Assembly (NCBI GenBank): GCA_044223135.1
Contig: JBGAMH010000003.1
Coordinates: forward strand, 1 to 58,293
Direction: 5' to 3'
Source of the DNA: Candidatus Eiseniibacteriota bacterium
Lineage (GTDB): Bacteria; Eisenbacteria; RBG-16-71-46
DNA: 58,293 bases
Shown piece by piece: positions 49,068 to 58,293 of this stretch (positions within the stretch are counted from its first letter, which is position 1; each line of letters opens with the position of its first letter). The translations under genes were made by a program, and so were the position numbers. Below the pieces are notes generated by a model that was not told where the DNA came from, ran no database searches, and saw nothing but the letters and a program-made list of their open reading frames with translations.

Positions 49068-50026
49068 GCATCGCTCCCGCCGAACACACCGAGCCGGCGG
49101 TACTTGGCCGCGCGGCGGGCGATGAGTTCCGTAGCCGATACCCCGGCCAACGCCGCGAGGTTCTTGCGAAGTTCCACCCGCAGCGTCTCGGCCGCGCCCT
49201 CCCAGTCCCGGTGCGCCCCGCCCACCGGCTCCGGCATGACGCCGTCGACGATGCCCAGCGAGAGCAGGTCCGACGCCGCCAGCCGCAGCGCCTCGGCCGC
49301 CTTCGGCCCCTGCTTGCCGTCCCGCCACAGGATCGCCGCGCAGCCCTCGGGCGAGATCACCGAGTAGACCGAGTTCTCGAACATCAGCACGACGTCGCCC
49401 ACCGCGATCGCGAGCGCGCCGCCCGATCCACCCTCGCCGATCACCACGGTGATCACGGGCACCTCGAGCACCGCCATCTCGCGCAGGTTGACCGCGATCG
49501 CCTCGGCCTGGCCGCGCTCCTCGGCGCCGAGGCCCGGGTACGCGCCCGAGGTGTCCACGAGCGTCACGATCGGCACGCCGAATCGCGACGCCGTCTGCAT
49601 CACGCGCAGCGCCTTGCGATAGCCCTCGGGGTTCGGCATGCCGAAGCGCCGGAGCAGGTTCTCCTTGGTGTCGCGACCCTTCTGCTGGCCGATCACCATC
49701 ACGGGCCGCCCCTCGAAATCCGCGAGGCCGCAGATGATCGCCGGGTCGTCGGCGAAGTGACGATCGCCGTGCAGCTCGGTGAAGTCCGTGAACAGGCGCT
49801 CGATGTAGTCGAGCGAATACGGGCGCCGCGGATGCCTCGCGATCTGCACGCGCTGGTAGCGCGTGAGGTTCGCGTAGATCTCGCGGCGCATCTGCTCGGC
49901 CTTCTTCTCGAGCTCGCCGAGCTCCGCCCCCACTTCCATGCCGCTGGACGCCGCCTGCTCCCGAAGTTCCTGGATCTTCTGCTCCAGCTCGTGCACGGGC
50001 TTCTCGAACTCCAGCCACACGCTCAC
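49064..50026 (-). CDS. accA: Acetyl-CoA carboxylase carboxyltransferase alpha subunit
   Basis: LEFEKP, ARHPRRPY, GMPNPEGYRKA, GAEERGQ and YSVISPEGCAAILW motifs; classic dnaE-accA synteny. Confidence 0.96.
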   Translation of the reverse strand: MSVWLEFEKPVHELEQKIQELREQAASSGMEVGAELGELEKKAEQMRREIYANLTRYQRVQIARHPRRPYSLDYIERLFTDFTELHGDRHFADDPAIICGLADFEGRPVMVIGQQKGRDTKENLLRRFGMPNPEGYRKALRVMQTASRFGVPIVTLVDTSGAYPGLGAEERGQAEAIAVNLREMAVLEVPVITVVIGEGGSGGALAIAVGDVVLMFENSVYSVISPEGCAAILWRDGKQGPKAAEALRLAASDLLSLGIVDGVMPEPVGGAHRDWEGAAETLRVELRKNLAALAGVSATELIARRAAKYRRLGVFGGSDA

Positions 50027-53000
50027 GGCGCCCCCTTTCCCCAGCGCACGCGGCAGCCGGGAATCCGCTGTTTCAGCCCCGCGATCAGCGAGTCCGCGTC
50101 CGCCACGCGTCGCGCACGCGCGCGCATGGACAGCCGCGAGTGATCGGGCTTCACGATGTGAAGGTAGACCTCGGACTCTCCCGGATGCGAGGCGAGCACC
50201 TCGTCCAGTCCGGCGAGTCGTTCCTCGCTCAGGTCGTCCGCGCGCAGTTCGATGTGCAGCACCGGGCGGAACTGGTCGCGCCCCTGCTCCCACGGGCGCA
50301 CCTCGGACAGCAGCAGCTTCGGCCCGCGGTCGTCGCGCACTTCCACGCGCCCCGACGCCACCACGATCGCGTCCGTGGCCAGGGACGCGCGCGCGGCCTC
50401 GTACGCCTCGGGGAACACCGTGCACTCGACACGACCCGTCAGGTCCTCGAGCACGACCATGGCCATGAGCTTGCCGGCCTTGGTGGTGATCTGCTTGATG
50501 TCGCCGACGATGCCGACCACGCGCACCTCGGCGCCGTCGCCCAGTTCGAGCGTGTGGCCGATGCCGTGCGTGGCGATCTTCTCGATCTCGGCGCGCAGGT
50601 GTTCGAGCGGGTGCTCGGAGAAGTAGAAGCCGAGCATCTCCTTCTCCTTCGCGCTGCGCTCGCGGCTCGTCCACGGCGGCACGTCGGGAAGCGGCGGCGC
50701 CGACACCGCGATGCCGCCGCCGGACTCCTCGCCGAACAACGACGACTGGCCGCTCGCGCGGTCGCGGTGCTGCGTGGCCGCGTGGTCGAGCGCCATCGCG
50801 ACGCCCGCGAACAACTGGCCGCGCTCCACCCCCATCGCGTCGCACGCGCCCGCCGACACGAGGCTCTCGAGCACGCGGCGGTTGAACGAACCCGGCGCCA
50901 CGCGCGAGGCGAGGTCGAACAGGTCCTTGAACGCGCCGCCCTCCGCGCGGGCGGCGAGCATCGCCTCGACCGCCCCCTGGCCCACGTTGCGCACCGCGCC
51001 CAGTCCGAAGCGGATCTTCCCGTCCTCGATCGTGAACTTCCACTCGGAGCAGTTCACGTCCGGCGCCAGGATCTCGATCTTCAGCCGGCGGCATTCCTCG
51101 ATCAGCGTCACGATGCGCGAGCTGTCCGACATTTCGCTCGTCATCGTGGCGGCCATGAACTCGGCCGGGTAGTTGCCCTTGAGGTACGCGCACTGGTACG
51201 CGACCAGCGCGTACGCGGCCGAGTGGCCCTTGTTGAAGCCGTAGCCGGCGAACTTCTCCATCGTGGCGAACACCTTCTCCGCCAGCTTCGCCGGGATCTT
51301 GTTGGCCTTGGCGCAGCCCTCCACGAACTCGTCGCGCTTCTTCGCCATCTCCTCGGCGATCTTCTTGCCCATCGCGCGCCGCAGCTCGTCGGCCTTGGCC
51401 ATGGAGAAGCCGGCGAGTTCGTTCGCGGCGGCCATGACCTGTTCCTGGTACACGAACACGCCGTACGTGCCCTTGAGGATCGGCTCCAGCTTCGGGTGGT
51501 CGTACTTCGCCACCTGGCGCCCGTGCTTGCAGTCGATGAAGTACGGGATGTTCTCCATCGGGCCCGGGCGGTAGAGCGCGTTCATCGCCACGAGGTCCTC
51601 GAACACGGTGGGCTTGAGCTTCTTCAGGTAGTCGCGCATGCCGCTCGACTCGAACTGGAAGATCGCCACCGTGTCGCCGTCCTGGAACACCTTGAACGCG
51701 CGGTCGTCCGTCTCGGGGATGAACTCCAGGTCGATCGCGCGACCGTGGTGCTGCTTCACCAGGTTCACGCACTCCTGCAGCACGGACAGCGTGCGCAGCC
51801 CGAGGAAGTCCATCTTCAGCAGGCCGGCCTTCTCCACGGCCTTCATGTCCCACTGCGTGGTGACGGACTCGTCCTTCTGCCGGTACAGCGGCACGTAGTC
51901 CAGCAGCGGCCCCGGCGTGATCAGCACGCCGGCCGCGTGCGTGGAGCAGTGCCGCGCGAGCCCCTCGAGCACGCGCGCGCTCTTCAGCAGCTTGGCGTGC
52001 ACGGCGCCGCGCTCGGGCAGCGCCTTCAGGTCGGGCGTCAGCTCGAGCGCCTTGTCCAGCGTCATGCCGAGCCCGTCGGGCACCATCTTCGCGATCTTGT
52101 CGACCTCGGCGAACGGCATGCCGAGCGCGCGGCCCACGTCGCGGATCACGCCCTTCGCACCCATGGTGCCGAACGTGATGATCTGCGTGACGTTGCCCTC
52201 GCCGTACTTCTCCTTCACGTACTCGATCACCTCGCCGCGCCGCAGATCGTCGAAGTCGATGTCGATATCCGGCATCGACACGCGCTCGGGGTTCAGGAAG
52301 CGCTCGAAGATCAGGCCGTGCTTCAGCGGGTTCACGTCGGTGATGCGCAGCGCGTAGGCCACCAGCGAACCGGCGACCGAGCCACGGCCCGGGCCCACGC
52401 CGATGCCGTTGCTCTTCGCGTGGAAGATGAAGTCGCGCACGATCAGGAAGTACGACGCGAAGCCCATCTTGCAGATGACGTCGAGCTCGTACGCGCAGCG
52501 CTGCTTGACCTCCTCGGTCACGTCGTCGCCCATGCGCGCGTGCAGTTCCTTCCACGACAGGTCGCGGAAGTACTCGTCGGCGTTCGTCCAGCCCGGCGGC
52601 AGCGGGAACTCCGGCAGCAGCGGCTTGCCGAAGTTCATCTTGAGGTTGCAGCGCTCGGCCACCGCGAGCGTGTTCGTGAGCGCCTCGGGGAAGTCTCCGA
52701 ACGCGGCCTTCATCTCCTCGTGCGAGCGGAAGTGCAGCCCCGCCAGCGCGCGCATGCGGTTCGCGTCGTCGACGTTCTTGCCGGTCTGGATGCAGATCAG
52801 CACGTCCTGCGCGTCGGTGTGGTCCTTGTCGAGGTAGTGGCAGTCGTTCGTGGCCACGATCGGCAGGCCGGTCTCGCGCGCGAGCCAGCGCACCTTCTCG
52901 CGGATCTTGGCCTCGATGTCGAGCCCGTGGTTCTGGATCTCGAGGAAGTAGTTCTCCGCGCCGAACATGTCGCGGTACATGCCCGCCGTCTCGAGCGCCT

Positions 53001-53460
53001 TCGCGTCGTCGTCCGCGAGCAGGTCGGTCGCGATCTCGCCCTTGGGGCACGCCGACAGCGCGAGCAGGCCCTTCGAGTACTTCGACAGGATCTCGTGGTC
53101 GACGCGCGGCTTGTAGTAGAAGCCCTCGAGGTACGCGAGCGAGGACAGCCGCATCAGGTTGCGGAAGCCCTCTTCGTCGCGCGCCAGCAGCACCAGGTGG
53201 TGCGCGGTGTCGCCGCGGTTCTTCTCGTGCCGCGAGCCGCGCGTGACGTAGGCCTCCATGCCCACGAGCGGCTTCACGCCCGCCTTGTTGCACTCCTGGT
53301 AGAACTCGACCGCGCCGAACATCGCGCCGTGGTCGGTGAGCGCCAGGGCGGGCATCTTCATCTCGGCGGCCTTCTTCACCATGCCCGGGATCGGGCTGGC
53401 GCCGTCGAGCAGCGAGTAGTCGCTGTGATTGTGGAGATGGACGAAGTCGATGTGCTTCAT
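50023..53460 (-). CDS. dnaE: DNA polymerase III alpha subunit
   Basis: HLHNHSDYSLLDG PHP domain, GPGRGSVAGS, SMPDIDIDF, KMDFLGL, YGFNKGH and OB fold. Confidence 0.98.
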   Translation of the reverse strand: MKHIDFVHLHNHSDYSLLDGASPIPGMVKKAAEMKMPALALTDHGAMFGAVEFYQECNKAGVKPLVGMEAYVTRGSRHEKNRGDTAHHLVLLARDEEGFRNLMRLSSLAYLEGFYYKPRVDHEILSKYSKGLLALSACPKGEIATDLLADDDAKALETAGMYRDMFGAENYFLEIQNHGLDIEAKIREKVRWLARETGLPIVATNDCHYLDKDHTDAQDVLICIQTGKNVDDANRMRALAGLHFRSHEEMKAAFGDFPEALTNTLAVAERCNLKMNFGKPLLPEFPLPPGWTNADEYFRDLSWKELHARMGDDVTEEVKQRCAYELDVICKMGFASYFLIVRDFIFHAKSNGIGVGPGRGSVAGSLVAYALRITDVNPLKHGLIFERFLNPERVSMPDIDIDFDDLRRGEVIEYVKEKYGEGNVTQIITFGTMGAKGVIRDVGRALGMPFAEVDKIAKMVPDGLGMTLDKALELTPDLKALPERGAVHAKLLKSARVLEGLARHCSTHAAGVLITPGPLLDYVPLYRQKDESVTTQWDMKAVEKAGLLKMDFLGLRTLSVLQECVNLVKQHHGRAIDLEFIPETDDRAFKVFQDGDTVAIFQFESSGMRDYLKKLKPTVFEDLVAMNALYRPGPMENIPYFIDCKHGRQVAKYDHPKLEPILKGTYGVFVYQEQVMAAANELAGFSMAKADELRRAMGKKIAEEMAKKRDEFVEGCAKANKIPAKLAEKVFATMEKFAGYGFNKGHSAAYALVAYQCAYLKGNYPAEFMAATMTSEMSDSSRIVTLIEECRRLKIEILAPDVNCSEWKFTIEDGKIRFGLGAVRNVGQGAVEAMLAARAEGGAFKDLFDLASRVAPGSFNRRVLESLVSAGACDAMGVERGQLFAGVAMALDHAATQHRDRASGQSSLFGEESGGGIAVSAPPLPDVPPWTSRERSAKEKEMLGFYFSEHPLEHLRAEIEKIATHGIGHTLELGDGAEVRVVGIVGDIKQITTKAGKLMAMVVLEDLTGRVECTVFPEAYEAARASLATDAIVVASGRVEVRDDRGPKLLLSEVRPWEQGRDQFRPVLHIELRADDLSEERLAGLDEVLASHPGESEVYLHIVKPDHSRLSMRARARRVADADSLIAGLKQRIPGCRVRWGKGAP

Positions 53461-53550
53461 GGCGCGTCCCCGGGTGAGGCTCGACGGGGTGTGAACGACG
53501 CGTCGTTCGCGGCAGGCGCGCGGCGCGGGCCGAGCGCGCCCGCCGCGCGG

Positions 53551-55625
53551 TCATCGGCGTGCGCCGGAGGTTAGCACACGGCGCAGCGTGATCGTCCGCT
53601 TCACCGTGCCGCGGTTCCCGGCGTGGTCCACCGCGGTCACTTCGATGTCGTGCGGTCCCGGCTCGGGCGGCACGCGCGCGCCAGCGCAGCGCGTTCGCCT
53701 CCGGGTCCCATTCCACCGGCGACGGCACGGCCGTCGACGCGCATGCCCGACAGCGCACCCACGACGCCGCTGCCGGCCTCCGTGACCGATGCCGTCAGCG
53801 CCCAGCGCGAGTAGCCGTCCTTCGCGGTCGCCGGCAGCGCCGGCGCCGCGAGCAGCTGCACGCGTGGCGGCACCGCGTCGGCGAACAGCGCGAACTCGCC
53901 GAGCCGCGACGTGTAGGCCAGGAACGTGCGGGCGTCCGCATCCCATGCCGAGTCGAGCCACGACCAGTCCTCGCCGCTCGTGCGCCGGTAGATCGCGACC
54001 CGTTCGCGTTCCGCGCCGACGCCCAGCTTGAGCCGCACCTTCGCGCTCGCGCGCAACGGCAGCGACTCCGGCCCCAGTCGCAGCACCGGCGAGCGCGCCA
54101 CCAGTCCCTGCGCCGGCGCGTCCTGGCGCGGCCCCATGGTGGTCACGGCGGTGCCGCGCTCGAACACCGCGGCGAGCGGGATCTCCACGTGCACGCCGTC
54201 CTCCGGCTCGATCGGCAGGTCGGCGCCCGCCGGCCACACGACGAACGAGCCGCGCGTGATCCACGTCTGCCCGTTCGGCAGGCGCCCGCGCAGCCAGAAG
54301 CCCTCCTCGTCGGGGATGCCGGCCATGTGCAGCACGGCGCTCCAGCCGCCGCCGTCCCACGTGGCCCGGCGCGCGCCCAGGAACTCGCGGCCGCGCACGA
54401 TCCACACGCGCGTGAGCCCGGCCGGCACGCCGGTCACGCGCACGCGCAGCCCGCGGTCGGGCAGCGACGCGAAGCTCCATCGCGGCGACGGCGTGGCGCC
54501 GCCGCCGCCCGCGCGCAGCGAGTCGGGTCCGAGTTCGCCCGCGCGCGGGCCGCGCAGCCAGATCGCGCGCCGCACCTCGGCGCCGCCCGGCTCGCGCGCC
54601 ACGAGGTCGAGTCGCGCCGGCGGGTCGCCCGGCTTCACGGCGATCACCCCCGCGTCGCGGTCGATCGGCTGCGGGCTGCGCAGCACGCGCGGCCGGAAGC
54701 CCGGCGCGGCGTGCAGCACCAGGCCGCGCGAGCCCGACACGCGGCCGCGGTCGACCACGTGATCGATCTCGGCCATGTCGGTCGCCCACGACAGGCTGTC
54801 GAAGCGCACCTCGGTGGTCTCGCCCTTCCACGTGGCCGACGTGCTCCACACGGGCGTCGTGGGCCCGCCCTCGGCGGTGTCCTCCACCTTGAGCGTGGCG
54901 CGCACGCGCCCTTCCACCACCAGCGTCTCGGCGGCGGGCCCCAGCCGGCGCGTCACCGGCGCCGCGAGGCGCGACACGAACGAGCTGTCGTCCACGGGGT
55001 CGATCGTCACGCTGTCGAGCCGCGGCGCGGCGGGACGCAGCGCCGGGTAGCCCGAGCGCAGCGGGTGCAGGGCGAAATCGCCGCGCCGCACTTCCACGTG
55101 CAGGTGCGGGCCGCCGGCGCCGCTCGAACCCGACCACGCGATCTGCTGCCCGCTCGCGACGCGGAAACGGCCGGCCGCCGGCCACAGGTCCTGCTCGTAG
55201 TCGCCGGTCGAGCGCTGCACCGAGTCCACCCACGCGGCGAGCGGATCGGTGAACGCGTCGAGGTGGCCGAACACCAGCAGGCGTCCGTCCGGCGTGTGCA
55301 GGTAGAGCGAGCGTCCGTAGCCCACGCCGCTCGTGCGCACGCGCTCGACCCAGCCGCCGAGCGGCGCGTACACCGGCAGGCCGGTACGGCCGTTCGTGGC
55401 GAAGTCGAAGCCGGCATGGAAGTGGTTGCTGCGCGTCTCGCCGAAGCCTCCGGTGGGCACGACGGGCGGATCCAGCGGCAGCCGGGCGATCGGGTCTCCG
55501 AGCGGCGGCAGCACGGGGCCGGCACCGAGCGTGGCGAGGGCGATCACGCCCATCGCGCACCACGCCGCCCGACGCAGGCGCGCGACCGTGCCGCGTGCAC
55601 GTTCGCGCGGGCCGCTCGCATGCAC
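53551..55625 (-). CDS. M23-family metallopeptidase with extended C-terminus; two frameshifts near 53680-53725
   Basis: FGETRSNHFHAGFD (HxxxD), GYGR and GPHLHVEVR (HxH); C-terminus reads VDGR / VEWDPEANALRW / PGPHDIEVTAVDHAGN across three frames. Start uncertain (GTG 55625 or ATG 55553). Confidence 0.8.
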
Positions 55626-55729
55626 GGTGCAATCCCGGCGCGGGGCGTCCGGGTGATCCGGCGACGAGGCCCGACGGTTAGTGATTGCGGCTGCGCGAGA
55701 AGCCCCGAACTTCGCGCCGGCGTCCCGGC

Positions 55730-55745
55730 TGGCACCTCGGTTGCT
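55730..55745 (+). promoter_or_regulatory. sigma54 promoter of the Fn3 lipoprotein
   Basis: TGGCAC-CTCGG-TTGCT, a perfect consensus 86 nt before the ATG. Confidence 0.85.
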
Positions 55746-55831
55746 GCCGCACCCACCCGATCCGTCGAAGACGGGCTTCCGCATGGAAAGCCCACCCCCT
55801 CGGTTCCCTGTCGTCCTGGAGGCCATCCGTC

Positions 55832-56302
55832 ATGTCCCTTCGTCGTGTACTGAGCATCTGCGCCCTCGGCGCCACGCTCGCGTTCCTCGCGGGCTGCAGC
55901 AGCAACTCGAACGGCCCGACGGCCGCCGACATTCCCACCGACAACAGCGCCCCGAGCGCCCCGGTCGTCCTCGGTTCGCATCCCAACACCGTCGACGGCA
56001 CCGACGTGCTGTCGTGGCAGCCCAGCGCCTCGGCCAACGTCACGGGATACGAGGTCTACATGTACTCGCCCGACCCCGCCCGCGACAACTCCTACGAGCT
56101 TCTCGGCGTCACGCGCGGCCCGATCTCCCAGTACGAGCTGCCCGCGTCGGACGCCGGCACCGTGCAGTACTTCCGCGTGAAGGCCGTGTCGGCCTCGGGC
56201 GTGCGCAGCGCCGCGTCGGCCACGAGCAGCATCACGCGCTCGGCCTTCGTCGGTGGCGGCGGCCATCGCGAACCCGGCCCGGGCATGCACGAGGGCGAGT
56301 AG
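55832..56302 (+). CDS. Lipoprotein with a fibronectin type III-like domain
   Basis: GGAGG SD; lipobox LAGC; APSAP...LSWQPS...VTGYEVY...YFRVKAV Fn3 pattern. Confidence 0.85.
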   Translation: MSLRRVLSICALGATLAFLAGCSSNSNGPTAADIPTDNSAPSAPVVLGSHPNTVDGTDVLSWQPSASANVTGYEVYMYSPDPARDNSYELLGVTRGPISQYELPASDAGTVQYFRVKAVSASGVRSAASATSSITRSAFVGGGGHREPGPGMHEGE

Positions 56303-56327
56303 TCCTGCAGGGACGCAGGCTCCGCGC

Positions 56328-58293
56328 TCAAGGAACGAGCGCGAGGCGCGCCGAGACGCGGACGGAACCGCTCCGCAGGCGCGCGAAGTAGAGACCGGCC
56401 GGGAGCCGAGACCCCTCGGCGTCCCGGCCGTCCCACGCCAGGGTGCCGCCGGGCCGCGTGCCGAGCGCGAACGTGCGCACGAGGCGGCCCGTCGCGTCGA
56501 ACACCTGGATCTCGCTCGCCGCGCCGAGCGCCGCGGTGCCCATCCAGTCGATCACCACCGGACGGCGCGAGGGATTCCCGCGCACGGCGATGGCCGGGCC
56601 GTTGCGGCCGCGCAGCGCGCCCCCCACGGCCGTCACCGCCGACACCACGTTGGAGAGCCCGGAGCGCGCGCCGGTCTCGTCCTCGGCCACGAGCGCGAAC
56701 CACCCGCGCGTCGCGGGTTCGAACCCGCCCACGATGCACGACTCGACACCACCCGCGTCCACGGTGGCCGCCACCGTCACCTGCCGCGCCGCGGCGAAGC
56801 CGGCGGAGTCCGTCGGAGTCGGAGACACGCCGATCCGGTAGACCTGCGGGCGTCCGGCCCCGCCGTCGCCGCCCGTGGCCGTCCAGCGCAGCGTCACCGT
56901 GCTCTCGGTGGCCGCGACCACGTGCAGGTCGGCCACCGCCGACGGCGCCAGCGCCGGCACGTCGATCGTCGCCACGTTCGAGGGCGCGCTGCGCTGGCCC
57001 CGATCGTCGATCAGCGTGACGTCGAACTGGTAGCGCACGCCCTCGGCGAGTCCTTCGAAGCGCGCGCTGTCCGGCTGCCCCGGGGCGGCGGGCGCGCGCG
57101 TCACCGTGACCACCTCGGGGACGTCGTTCGGCGTCGTGCGCCGGATCTCCACGAGGGCCGCGGTGCCCACGAGCGAGTCGTCGCCCGTGCTCGTCCAGTG
57201 CACGACCGCTTCGTGCGGCCCCACCAGCGTCGCGCTCACGTCACCCACGCGCGCGGGCCGCGCGTCGTCCCACACGAGCGGCGCGTTCGCCTCGGTCGCG
57301 TCGCCGGTGCGCGCGAAGTTGCCGCGCGCCGTCGGCCACGTCACGAGGGCGCTCTCCCACGACGCGGGACCGGCGTCGTACGTGAACAGCGTGGAGTCCG
57401 GGCTGCTGCCGGCCACGATCCGCGTGCGGTCGTCGCCCACCAGGTCGGCGAGCGTCAGCGGGCCCGTGGGCGCGCCGGGCTTCGGGAAGCCGGCGAGCGT
57501 CGCGCCGAAGCGATCGAGCGCCACCACCTGTCCGCCGGCCATCGCGAACACGCCGGTCGCGTGCACGCTCGCCGGGGCCACGAGCGGCGCACCGGTCGGG
57601 GCTCCGGGCAGTGCGCGCGGCCAGTTCGCGAACGGGATCGCGACGCCTGCGGAATCCCGCAGCTCGATCTGCGCGGGCGACGCGATCGGCACGAGCAGCT
57701 CGCGCTGGCCGTCGCCGTCGAGGTCGCACGGTGTCGGCTCGGAGGCCAGGTTGCCGCCGGCGGCGGGCAGCGCCTCGGCCACGCCGTCTGCGCTCACGCG
57801 CTGCAGCGTGTTGCCCGTGGCCACGAGCACCCACAGCGGCGATGCGGGTCCCGCGAAGCGCGTCACCACCGGCGCGCCCGTGGCCGCGCCCACGAACGTG
57901 GCCCAGCGTTCGGCGGCGCCGACGCCGGCGAGCGCGTGCAGCGTGCCGCCCGCGTCCATCAGCAGCACTTCGCGGCCCGCCGTGCTCGTGTCGACGTCGC
58001 CGAGCGCGAGCGCGCTCGCGCCGAACGCGCCCGCGTCGAACGGCCAGCCCGGCACCAGCGCGCCGTCGGCGTGCCACGCCCACACGCGCCCGTCCGCGCT
58101 GCCGGCCAGCACCTCGGCCGCGCCGTCGCCGTCGATGTCGCCCACCACGGGCCCCGTCGTCATCGTGACCGCCCCGCCGGGACCGACCGCCGGCCAGCCG
58201 GGCAGCGGCGCGCCCTCGGGGCCGAAGCCGGCGACGCGACCGGTGTTCGTGCCGACGAACAGGCCCACGCCTCGCTGGCCACCGAGGTCGGCC
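56328..58293 (-). CDS. Secreted FG-GAP repeat + 2x Fn3 + FlgD/T9SS-type CTD protein; 5' end outside the window
   Basis: GDIDGDG/DLDGDG and PGWP repeats, two Fn3 units (WTSTGDD, WTATGGD) and C-terminal GNPS...FDATGRLVR...WDGRD...LPAGLYFARL; frame is open to the window edge. Confidence 0.85.
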   Translation of the reverse strand, partial: ADLGGQRGVGLFVGTNTGRVAGFGPEGAPLPGWPAVGPGGAVTMTTGPVVGDIDGDGAAEVLAGSADGRVWAWHADGALVPGWPFDAGAFGASALALGDVDTSTAGREVLLMDAGGTLHALAGVGAAERWATFVGAATGAPVVTRFAGPASPLWVLVATGNTLQRVSADGVAEALPAAGGNLASEPTPCDLDGDGQRELLVPIASPAQIELRDSAGVAIPFANWPRALPGAPTGAPLVAPASVHATGVFAMAGGQVVALDRFGATLAGFPKPGAPTGPLTLADLVGDDRTRIVAGSSPDSTLFTYDAGPASWESALVTWPTARGNFARTGDATEANAPLVWDDARPARVGDVSATLVGPHEAVVHWTSTGDDSLVGTAALVEIRRTTPNDVPEVVTVTRAPAAPGQPDSARFEGLAEGVRYQFDVTLIDDRGQRSAPSNVATIDVPALAPSAVADLHVVAATESTVTLRWTATGGDGGAGRPQVYRIGVSPTPTDSAGFAAARQVTVAATVDAGGVESCIVGGFEPATRGWFALVAEDETGARSGLSNVVSAVTAVGGALRGRNGPAIAVRGNPSRRPVVIDWMGTAALGAASEIQVFDATGRLVRTFALGTRPGGTLAWDGRDAEGSRLPAGLYFARLRSGSVRVSARLALVP

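Noticed and set aside
50023-53460. Intein or split dnaE
   Set aside because: The length (1145 aa) and motif order are ordinary, with no insertion evident.

Overview
A GC-rich bacterial chromosomal window with nearly all genes on the minus strand. The gene content (PorU, PorV, T9SS/FlgD-type C-terminal domains) suggests an FCB-group lineage such as Candidatus Eisenbacteria; this is an inference. In transcription order (right to left) it holds: a partial FG-GAP/Fn3/CTD surface protein, a plus-strand sigma54-driven Fn3 lipoprotein, an M23 peptidase, dnaE-accA and a small Trm112/YcaR gene. Next is a type IX secretion-like block: porU, porV, an M6-type protease with CTD, two DUF5683-like proteins, an NHL protein, a frameshifted ~1120-aa SprA-like barrel and an Omp85/TamA protein. 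This block runs by overlapping codons into dinG and hutH-hutU-hutI, with ftcD just behind. Then come a SgmX-like TPR protein, a PHP phosphatase, an outer-membrane barrel and comEA, followed by a Myxococcus-style type IVa pilus cluster (pilB-T-C-S-R, three tandem pilA, pilH/I/G-like, pilM-N-O-P-Q), aroK and a partial lipoprotein. The most interesting signals are the motor-less T9SS-like block with its SprA-like/Omp85 module, three separately promoted pilins, six sigma54 promoters, four sigma28-like motifs and enrichment of the Bacteroidota O-glycosylation motif in exported proteins. Several single-base frameshifts look like long-read assembly errors. No rRNA, tRNA, CRISPR array or mobile element was seen.
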